Of a DNA stretch of 64,000 nt, positions 1 through 9,147 are shown piece by piece. The notes below the pieces were generated by a model. That model was given only the letters and a program-made list of their open reading frames with translations. It was not told the origin of the DNA and ran no database searches. Origin of the DNA: Pelomyxa schiedti (Eukaryota; Protista; Evosea); assembly GCA_020536535.1 (NCBI GenBank), contig JAHLWZ010000076.1:1-64000 (forward strand), given 5' to 3'. Each line of letters opens with the position of its first letter. Position 1 is the first letter of the stretch. A program made the translations under genes and the position numbers.

Positions 1-8
1 AGACAGAG

Positions 9-59
9 AACAAGTTTGCCACATGGAGCACCTTCCCTTGAAAGTCGTAGCACACCCAC
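9..59. repeat. 51-bp exact direct copy of 5940-5990 (interior of the 583-aa ORF)
   Basis: AACAAGTTTGCCACATGGAGCACCTTCCCTTGAAAGTCGTAGCACACCCAC is identical at both sites, and the flanks differ immediately on both sides. Confidence 0.95.
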
Positions 60-299
60 AAAAATATTGTTTTCAAAAAAAATTTTGAAGCTTTTGGTGG
101 CGTGCCCACACACCCAACCAGGGGTAATCCTACACAGAGATTATACAGCCCAAAGAAACAGGAGAGGTAGTACCGTCCCCTTGTTAGCTTCTGTGGGAAG
201 AGAATAAAGCCCCACAGGGGAAAAAGAATGAAAGAGAGTGTGAGTGTAAAGGTTCTCTTGCTTGTTCACGTGCTTGGGTTGCACGTGTTCAAAGGATAA

Positions 300-1780
300 T
301 TAATTTGGTGCGGTTAGGTGCTGTTAGCTTCGAAGCCACGCTGTTGTCCAATTCTCAGTCAAGATTACCTTAGAATCAATCACCGCTGCAGTCCGCATTA
401 GTGCGTTCTATGTCTCATAAGATCGTCGCTGCCTTGTTCCAGTAATTCCGTCATTGGATCTCGAGAGTCGGGATTCGTACAGAGTCCGCAGAGTGTCCAT
501 AGAGCTAAAGCTCGTGTACTTGCTAAAGTACACACCCTGAGCTACAAGATCCAAAGTAAGGACTTGGAGTAACTAGCGTGACACCTTGGCTTCCTGAAAA
601 CTGGTTTTGTAATATTAATGTAAGCCACTCCTCCACCAAAAGCAGCTCCTTACAACAATAACTCATGGTGAGTTATTGTCGCACCCAGCCCTGTCAAGAT
701 TCTTCGCTCCTAATAATAGATAGTGAAAAATATCGTCACCTTAAATCGCCTCTGAGTGTTGAGTGTTGAGTTATACCCACTTCCTTCACCGAGGTTTCTG
801 GTTCACTCTCTTTGTTTGAGTAGTGCAAGCAAGATCTATAACAATAATAAACAGCTACAAAACTCCTCGTCAAAATAAAAGAACTATGAGTCTAACACTC
901 AGAAAGTGAGCATACACACCCCCCCGGTTCGGCCATTGGAGCTCCTCAGGCCAAAACAAAAAAAAAAAAAAAAAAGATTGATGTCGCATGAAGCAAACGG
1001 TCCAGCAGAGTAGTTTTGAACCTGTTGTGAAAACAAAAACAACGTGTTCTGCTCTGGATGTATCCATTAGCAATGAATTGCACATTTGAGGAATCAGGTG
1101 CTCCCGATTGAGGATTTGTTGTTTACGCAACAAGCGGCAACGCCTCACACAGACCAACGCCAACAAGACTTGTGTTTGTTGAAAGGGTTTTGATGTCACC
1201 GAACTTGCAGAGCTCTGATTCTTGGGCCTTTTAAGAAAGATCTGAGAGGAAGTGTTGACCTAATCCAAAACTCGCCCATGTGTAAAGTACCGGGGGGGGG
1301 GTCCTGGTTTTATGAAGGCTTGGGCAGAATGAAATGATCTGTGGTCGTTCGAAGGAAGAAGATCTTGTGTGCAGCGAAACAAGTGAACGCCGGCGTATTT
1401 TTTCGGGAAATCAAAATCACGCAAAGTATCCCAACTGTGTGTTATGCCTGACGCTATGGCTGCTGCTGTGTGTAAAAAAAATAAAAATTTAAGGTGGATT
1501 CACAATGGGGGGAAAAACCCAAGGCACGCTCCCGTTGGTTGCAGGATTTGATTGTAGTTGTCAGTTGCTTGCGAGTATCAGCCGACAGAAAGGGAACCGT
1601 GACGCGACACCACAACCAATTGGTGGCGTCGCAGTCCAGTGTCATCAACCGAGGCATACTCACTCAGAGCAATACTCACCACAAAGGGGCTGAGGGGACG
1701 GACCACTCAGGTCGGTGTCCCGGATCCCACGATTACTAGACAGCAGGAGGCCTGGCCTCGTTCCCTCGCACCACCTCCAT
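300..1780 (-). CDS. Multi-exon hypothetical protein
   Basis: Hand splicing (introns 1736-1690 and others) gives MEVVRGNEARPPAVYPFVVSIALSEY...FFPPFWDTLRDFDFPKKYAGVHLFRCTQDLL...LQVLTLDLVAQGVYFSKYTSF. Family not recognised; the stop could be at 408 or 300. Confidence 0.45.
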
Positions 1781-1866
1781 CGCCACCACAACCGGCGGCA
1801 CCGCGGTCCGCGGCGCTCGGAGCCGGCATTTGATTGTCGGAAATCACCATCACTCTTCGTCATCAA

Positions 1867-1906
1867 CTTCTTCTTCATCTTCATCTTCATCTTCTTCTTC
1901 TTCTTC
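1867..1906. repeat. (TTC/ATC)n microsatellite
   Basis: cttcttcttcatcttcatcttcatcttcttcttcttcttc, between two divergent genes. Confidence 0.85.
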
Positions 1907-2078
1907 AGCGTGAGACCTGGAGGATTCGGAGCGTGTTGTGTCTCTCGGGAGTGCGGTGCCATGATCCCATCCGCGATCATCACTGACTAGAAGCAGTTCC
2001 CACTGTGTTGCCATTCACACAATGAAGTACTACTGCAAAAGGAACGTCGAGTAGAGAGGCCACCCCAGGGAGGTACCT

Positions 2079-4648
2079 ATGTCGGAACGAGAGTGCCTCC
2101 TATTTAAAGGTGCAATTCCCGTTCAGATCGGACCAGGAAAAGGCCCGCGAAAAAGAGAAAACAAACTAGACAATATGAACCGAGGACCACCAGCTCGCAG
2201 GGAGAAAATCGTTCTCTCCCTTCCGCCTCCGCCAATTGCCAGCGACGCGGAAGTACTCCCCTATGTAAGTTTCAGTTATCGTCGTTTTTACAGCGGGCAG
2301 CAACCAACTGCTCACATCACACACTTTCCTCCTCACAGTTGCCGGGAAGTGCCCTTCATAGAGTTACAGTTCCCAATGGCGTTTCTGGAGAAGTTCAAGT
2401 GAGTGGCACAATTTCTTTCGCCCACCGTTCCAACAACAAATCAATCAACTCTCATATAGGTAGTAAAACCTTGGGGATGGCTTTTCTATGAAGGAAAGAA
2501 GCACTCCAAACCACTGATAGGTGTGATTTGATTCTTTGTGTGCCTGCCACCAACAATTTCTTTTTTTTCCTTTTTTTTTTTCCCTTCAAATAAGAATCGG
2601 AAGTGCGGGAGAACTACCAATTCATCTTGCAAAGAGAAAGGATCACAGGGGAAATCCATGGAGATGGGGATGAATTGGAATCACGGGTTTGGCTAACGTA
2701 TGTCTTTTTTTTCTGGTTACCTTTGAGTCTCATCAGTAAGTAACTTGTCCCTTCCTTCAGAGCTCAAGTGGAGATGACTGTGGAAGAGCAACAACTTATT
2801 GCAGGTCACTCTGTTTATCTAAACCATGGCAGCAGCATTACTATCGGCAGTGAATGTATGTGTATAAAATTGTATCTCACTAAGATTCCTTTCCTTTTTT
2901 TTTTTTTCTTTAACCCCAAAGAAAGGCATCCGTTTCTACTGGCATGATGAGTGCAATAAAACAGGAGTATTTGAGGACCAGAGTAACCACGAGCCCAAGC
3001 AATACCGGATTTTGTGGAGACAAGGCAAACTCGGAAGGTGGGGTCTTATTCTTCAAGTCGACTTATGTGTCCTTTCTTTGACTTGGGCTTTTTTTTAGTG
3101 GTGAGTTATCTTCAGTGTGGCCTACTTTGTGCAGTGATGGTCGCCGAGTTGCAACCAAGGTACATTTACATTGGGATTGCTCTCAACCGATCACCATAGA
3201 GAATGACTTACCAACAACAACAACACCAACAACGGACAGGTTGTTTCCCTGAATAAATTCAACAGCCGCCAAGAATTGATCGGGGACAGCAACCTTAAGT
3301 ACGACAATGAGACCACGTTCCTCAGCAGGTTGGGAAACCCCACTCGAAAAAACACACGTGCACCACAGAGTCACACAAAAGAAGAAGCCTTCAAATAAAT
3401 AACACCCGGATATGTAATTATTATAGATTGAAAGAATGTGAGTTCTTTCCAACATTGCTTTTCTCCTACGAGAAGAACGAGGAGCCCTTCTATTACATTG
3501 TTACAGAAATGTAAGCTTTATGTTAGCTTTTATCTCAAAGAATACACTAACAACAAAAACAACCAATTCAGGATCGAAGGCAGAAGCATCAAACAGATGC
3601 TTGACAGCAATGTAAGATTCAGTGAGGTGACGATTGTGGGTATCATCAAGGATGTGCTTCAGGCCCTATGTCATCTGGAGAAAGAGAAGATTATCCACCG
3701 GGACGTTACTGTGAGTCTTCCATCTTTCTCTCTGTGTGTGTTTTAGCGCCACAGCCAACTCACCAATTCCAGGCGGCAAACATTATGATTAGAGGGTGGC
3801 CGAACGAACCTCGGGCAGTGTTGATTGACTTCGGCATTTCGTTGCAGCACCCAACTCAGAGCGCCTTCTTCTGCTATGGGACCCCAGGCTTCGTCGCACC
3901 TGAAGTCATTGATGCAGGTCGCGGCATCTTCTCGAGTGATGGTTTCACCAAAATTGATGTCTGGGGCGTGGGGAGTACCATGTATTACATGTACGTATAA
4001 TGCCTCCCACACTCCACTACACACACACACGAAAGCAAATCAAAAACGCAACAAACAATGAGACCAATAGTAACGCTATAATTCCAAGGTTCACTGGGAG
4101 AACTCTGCCCCCAGGGCCCCTGTACGTCAGAGCCCCAGAGCTGGCGGGAGTGAGCCCTCCTGGTAACTACTGTTCTCTATCTTTTCCTTGCGTGTGTTCA
4201 CCCAAAGAATATAAAAGGGATTGCGGTTCTGAGCTATCTCCTGCGAGTTGACCCCGAGACAAGGCCCACAGCGAGGGCACTCTTGGACACTGCCTACATG
4301 CTCTTCGACCCCCCGGTTGGCAGCCCCTTCTGTGATGCAAGGGACCTTGATCAATTCCCTTTCCGCAACACCACTCCAACAATGACAACCATGACGAGAA
4401 TGACGATGACCATTGCCAGCAGCCTGGTGCCCACAGTGACAAGGAAGCTCAGCAGCGCCATAGGGGTTCTCATGCTGAGGCCCGTGTCATCCCTGCTCCA
4501 AGTGGTAGCGCGCAGGAGGAGGCACCTCAAGAAGGCTCATCCTGAACAACAAGAACCGGCAACCCCAGGTGAACCAAGAAAGAGGAGCAATGAAAGAACG
4601 ACGCCCACACCAAATACTGAAGATGCAAAGAGGAGGCGTGTTGGTTGA
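2079..4648 (+). CDS. Ser/Thr protein kinase with a possible degenerate FHA-like N-terminal region
   Basis: Spliced motifs: RRVATK, IIHRDVT|AANIM, LIDFG, YGTPGFVAPE, KIDVWGVG, LLRVDPETRPTA. The N-terminal LNHGSSITIG resembles an FHA C-terminus. Start codon uncertain. Confidence 0.85.
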
Positions 4649-4785
4649 ATGTGTAACTTGTGCTGTTCCCCCCCAGTGCTGTGTGGTGGTGGGGGAAAAA
4701 ACAACAACAAAACCCAACACACCAACTCTTCTTGCGAACAACAACAAAAAGACAAAGACAAAACAACCACGCGTGCTCTGTTCTT

Positions 4786-4884
4786 GGAACCCATAATTGC
4801 AACGGAGGCCGATTTTTTTACCCAGAAAAAGAGCGAAAGAGGGGGAACAATCGGGTTCGGGCGCGCTTGTTCAGCCGTGAGGTT
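4786..4884 (-). repeat. Left copy (A) of a 99-bp inverted repeat
   Basis: Its reverse complement matches 8960-9058 at 89/99 without gaps, including a perfect 32-bp block (4853-4884 vs 8960-8991). Confidence 0.95.
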
Positions 4885-5197
4885 GAGCAACACACGCAAA
4901 ATGCGTAAGTCTAGGGGGTCCTTCATCGGATCTTGCCGGGGCTACCGAACTTGTTTTTTTTTTTTTTGTTGGTGCTCACTCCTGCTCTTGGGGTCCATTT
5001 GTTTCATTGATGTGCTTTGCTTCAATTTCGACAAGGCACACACAACCCTTTACGGAACTCCCCTGAGTAGTTTTGTTTTTGTGGAACAAACCGATATCAA
5101 AGCCTTGGCCACCAGGTGTGTGAACGAACCATTCATTCAGAGGTTCTCTGTTTGTGTTTGTGGTCAACCACTGAACCACAGCGGGATGGTGTGGTGA

Positions 5198-6949
5198 TCA
5201 GACCACTTGGGTGATGGTGAGCTTCCAGGCGTGGTCTAAGGTCACAAAACAGACGGGAAAGCAGGTCTCGGCGCATCTCACCTCGATGGAGTTGTCCCCC
5301 CTGCGGACCTTGAAAAGGAAGCCGGCTTCTGCAAACACAGTGGTGAGTGGCTCCAAAGGGAGGAAGCACGTGATTTCCTTCAGTCGGTGCGGTGTTGGTT
5401 CCTCCACAGCTCCTCCTTCTCCTCCTCCTCCTCCAACAGTGAACCCCCATATCTCATATCTATCTTGCTTGGAGATGCAAAAGCGGTGGCAGTCAACTTG
5501 CGCGAGCGCAGTCACATCACTGGACAGCTGCCTGCATTCTGATGAACTGGTGGTTCTGGCTTCCACAACATGGAACAGGTCTCCTCCAGTCACGAGGTCG
5601 GCGTACTTTGTTCTCAAGATGATGAAGCTGTCGTTGGTGCAGCTTCTTGTTCTCTGTCTGCTATTCCCGTAGGGGGAGCCGAGGCCGGAGATTAAGAGGC
5701 TGGAGCCATAGGCTTGGCCTGCTGGTATCTGACAACACGTTTGGCGGGCAATGACGGAGGATCCCTGATGGAAGCTCTGCTCGACGTCGATCACAAAGAT
5801 GCAGAGTTTGCCGCTCAATTCCCCGCGCTCCACGCAAAGCACCGCCTCATTTCTGTTCATCTTGCTCAAGTACATGAACGCGCCCGTGTGCTCTGGAACG
5901 TCGATGTCGCCTGAAGGGCAGCGCGCGTATCTCCTCTCCAACAAGTTTGCCACATGGAGCACCTTCCCTTGAAAGTCGTAGCACACCCACCACGCGTGAT
6001 TGGCAGCGTAGCGAGTGTAAGAATGGGTGCTTGGGAGCAGGATTTCCTTCCTTCCGGTCATCACGTCGACCAACGAGAACCGCGCGCACAAGTGACCAAG
6101 AAGCTCCTTCTTTACGAAGCAGATGTTGGATTGGCCAGCAAAAGCAGCATTGCGGCACTGCATGTGCTTGACAGAGATTTCGCGTGGCTCGACGGACACG
6201 CCCAGAGTGAGCGGGGAAATGCCAAAGTGGAACACACGGAACTTTGGGGCGGTGACACACACAGCAAAGAACAGGTCGGACTCGGCAATCACCCGGCGCA
6301 GGTTGGCGGGCAGGCCGTCGTGCCGCCACATGAGCGCCGCTGCGCTGCGCGCCCCGCACGTCGGGTGCGACGCGCACGCGAAGGCCAGCAGCTGCTCGGC
6401 CAGGCTCAGCTCGACTTTGTGCGTGGTCTCGGTGGGCGCGTCGATCTTGATCTTGTCCGGCGCCTTGACGTTGGTGCGGACCCACCGGCCGTGCTGGCGC
6501 CGCTTCGGCGCCAGCTTGCGCTTGGCCACCCTGGCGGACGAGGCGGCGCCGGGGGGGACGACCAGCGCGGTGGTGGCCACCCGCGGCCTCTTGGGGCTGC
6601 GCCACAGATGAAAGGGCGCGTCGGTGCGCTTCAGCGGGCCGAGCGGTGGCGGCGGCGGCGGCACGACCACGAATGCGGTGCCGTCGCCTGTGCGCAGTGG
6701 CGGGGTCGTGGTTGTGTTGCCTCTGTCCTCGCCGCCGTGCGCGGCGGCGGCGGCCGCTCCCACGGTCGTCGTTGATGGCCGCGTAGGTGCGTCGTGATAC
6801 ATGTTGTTCGTGTTATTGGCACCTCCTTCTCCTCCAGAGGGGCACCCTCGGTGGCCCGCGTCGTCGTCTTCTTTCGAGGGGAACAGGCCCATCCCAGCGG
6901 TATTTTTCTTTTTTGAACAACAACAACAAACACGATTTACGGAACCCAT
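5198..6949 (-). CDS. Intronless 583-aa lineage-specific protein (possible cargo gene)
   Basis: Long open frame with a GC-rich 5' half. ATG at 6949 gives MGSVNRVCCCCSKKK; an alternative ATG is at 6892. Motif EQLLAFACASHPTCGARSAA...FGISPLTLGVS; beta-rich C-terminus. Confidence 0.8.
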   Translation of the reverse strand: MGSVNRVCCCCSKKKNTAGMGLFPSKEDDDAGHRGCPSGGEGGANNTNNMYHDAPTRPSTTTVGAAAAAAHGGEDRGNTTTTPPLRTGDGTAFVVVPPPPPPLGPLKRTDAPFHLWRSPKRPRVATTALVVPPGAASSARVAKRKLAPKRRQHGRWVRTNVKAPDKIKIDAPTETTHKVELSLAEQLLAFACASHPTCGARSAAALMWRHDGLPANLRRVIAESDLFFAVCVTAPKFRVFHFGISPLTLGVSVEPREISVKHMQCRNAAFAGQSNICFVKKELLGHLCARFSLVDVMTGRKEILLPSTHSYTRYAANHAWWVCYDFQGKVLHVANLLERRYARCPSGDIDVPEHTGAFMYLSKMNRNEAVLCVERGELSGKLCIFVIDVEQSFHQGSSVIARQTCCQIPAGQAYGSSLLISGLGSPYGNSRQRTRSCTNDSFIILRTKYADLVTGGDLFHVVEARTTSSSECRQLSSDVTALAQVDCHRFCISKQDRYEIWGFTVGGGGGEGGAVEEPTPHRLKEITCFLPLEPLTTVFAEAGFLFKVRRGDNSIEVRCAETCFPVCFVTLDHAWKLTITQVV

Positions 6950-6995
6950 AATTGAAAGATAGACCGAATGTGTTGCCCTGAAAAAGAGCGAAAGA
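6941..6995 (-). repeat. Diverged third copy (B) of the repeat, same orientation as A
   Basis: 45/55 ungapped identity to 4786-4840. The downstream GTCTAGGG is also shared (7067 vs 4909). Confidence 0.85.
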
Positions 6996-7329
6996 AAAAC
7001 CACCCTCAGATTGTGGTGAGGGTTCAGTTATTGGACCCAGGTGCACGTCGGCACCGGTCTAGGGTTCGCCCGGGGCCTCCTATCAGTTTTTGTGTTTCTT
7101 CGGGTTTTTCCTTTTTGCTCTGGGTTCCTCAAGGAGGTGAGAGTTGGGATGCAGTACCAGTGATGGTGATGTTGTTGTTGGGGAAATGTACCTCCCCATT
7201 CTCTGGTGGGGTGTGGTTCACTTCCCTCCACTGGATCCAGTGCACTGGGCATCAGTCCAGGAGGAATAATCCACATGATTTGGAAAACAACCAGGAAGGC
7301 ACAGGGGTTTTGTGGGAACCGACACCACC

Positions 7330-8880
7330 CCCAACAACAGAGGCACTTGTGCTTATGAACTGCACACAAGTGCCCTTTCTACATACATAATAGGTTGGTT
7401 GTCTGAAAACCAATGAATTTCTTTTGTCAAAGGGCGTTTCATGTGAAGAGACACAGTTTTAGTTTGTTTGGCCAAAAAAAAAAGCATCCTGTTGTGCTAG
7501 GCTACTAGCCTTTGAGTGGTTGAGACAAAAGCCTTGATGGAGGAGGATTGGGGTCTCAAGGTGGAGCTGATGTCATATTTCATGATGAGAATATCCCTGT
7601 TTGTAAACTCCTAGCAGGTTGTCTTAGCTTCAATTTTGATGTAAGCCTAAAGCTTCAGATACAATTCTTAGTCTAACTGGAAGCAATGAGGTGGAAGTGC
7701 TGCAAAAAGACTTAGATCAATGTGAGCTTCCTGCAAACAGGGCATATTCTGTGTGATTGGTGATAACTGTAGTGTTGTGCATGGGGACCACACTGGTGCT
7801 ATACAGCTGTTCACAGAGACAATACACACTCATTCCTACTGGTTGCTGGCTTCATGTTCTCAATCTTGACCTTGTCAATGAACTTGATAAACTTTTGGAG
7901 AACATCCAACAACTCAGGTCAACCAAGACATCAACTTTCAGCTTCTTCTTGTACTCTTGCTGGTATTTATCCCAAAGCAAGTAACTCCAAGGTCTGAAAA
8001 GTTTCTTTTACTGAGTTTTGTAAAGAAAACAAAATTGAGGTCAAGTTACCTTCATGCTCAGACACCTGGACATTGACCGATCCCTGATTTCAAAGCCATA
8101 CACCAACCTGTTCTCACAAGGTGGAAAACTGTGATTGAGGCAAATGCTTGGTAGAGCATTGGCTCCCTAGATCCACAAACAAAGAAACCATTCTGTACTA
8201 ATTATGAGCCTCTTCACGAATTGTGCCCAGGGCAGCTGCTCATTGGTCATATGACCAGCTGAAAGCAGCTGAAAAAAAGCTGTTGTTTCATTTTTGTGTC
8301 ACTGAAGAGCAGAGTTTATTTTCTTTGTTGATAGTCTTGCTTCCAGAGATTACCCTTGTGGAATTCCAATTTCCCCACCAAAACTGTTCCTCTGTGTTGG
8401 TACCATGTGGCATTTCAACAAGGAGTGGACTGTGGTGACCCTGAGGAAATCTGCTCAATGCTGCCTGTGATTTTGTTTTGGCATACCTGTTTGTGGCACC
8501 AGTGCACACAACTGTGACAGTTTACACTCCTGGCTGTGCTTTGTTGAAATGTTCCCCACTCTCTTTACATTCTCAAGCTAGAATTCGTCACTCAACTGGC
8601 ACTTACTTGTTGCTTATCATTGTGGAATGCAAATTGTGTGTGCACATGTGTTGAATTCCCCACCTGCACAGCAAGCAGACAAGGAGGTGACTAAGATGCA
8701 GATACTTTCAGCAGAAGCAATGTGGGAGCTGTAAGACCACTCCACATAGAAGCTCATGTTGCAACGAAATAGCCAGCATCAGGAGCAACATCTTTGTAAC
8801 TTGCTACTGGCACATTGGGACACACATGGCACTGCTTCTCTTCCCCTCCTCACTGTGTGATTCAGTAGAACAGAAGCACA
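7330..8880 (+). mobile_element. Decayed hAT-superfamily transposase relic with stops and frameshifts
   Basis: Ordered hAT-like motifs across frames: SLDG (7530-7541), CVIGDNCS (7750-7773), GCWLHVLNL (CxxH, 7841-7867), PVLTRWKT (8107-8130), LAHWDTH...LPLL (start of dimerisation domain, about 8810-8850). The catalytic E (ERxFS) was not found. Confidence 0.7.
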
Positions 8881-8959
8881 CATCACTCCTTTTTTTTTTT
8901 TTTTAATACCCATAATCCATTCCCTAACTTGACAATCATTTGGTTAATGCTTCTGCATT

Positions 8960-9058
8960 AACCTCACGGCTGAACAAGCGCGCCCGAACCCAATCGCCCC
9001 TCCACTTTCACTCTTTTTCTGGGTACAAAATTCGGCCTTCGTTGCAATTATGGGTTCC
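8960..9058 (+). repeat. Right copy (C) of the 99-bp inverted repeat, 90 bp upstream of the MKT1 ATG
   Basis: Reverse-complement match to 4786-4884 (89/99). Confidence 0.95.
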
Positions 9059-9147
9059 GAAAGAACTTTGTTTTTTTCCCTTCGCACCGCTCGTTACTTT
9101 GTGTCAAACACGCTGGTTGGCTACCAAACGAGAGATAGTGTGCACAG

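Noticed and set aside
191-290. Small hairpins CTGTGGG/CCCACAG and CACGTGC/GCACGTG
   Set aside because: 7-bp stems are expected by chance, with no RNA-family features.
1690-1833. In-frame TGA (1707-1709, minus strand) in MPAPS...VIVGSGTPT*VVRPL, suggesting selenocysteine readthrough
   Set aside because: A normal 47-nt GTAATC...CAG intron (1736-1690) joins an upstream ATG to the same downstream frame, and no SECIS was recognised.
2068-2081. GGAGGT Shine-Dalgarno-like sequence 5 nt before the kinase ATG
   Set aside because: The gene is a spliced eukaryotic gene, so a 6-mer match is expected by chance or is a splice donor.
5847-6775. Long overlapping ORFs (252-273 aa) and similar shadows at 49950-50515 and 63229-63803
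   Set aside because: Alternate-frame or antisense shadows of GC-rich or low-complexity coding exons, with no recognisable motifs.
7070-8926. TAGGG...CCCTA as true hAT terminal inverted repeats
   Set aside because: Only 5 bp match and there is no 8-bp target-site duplication (CACCGGTC vs ACTTGACA). Mentioned as a possibility only.
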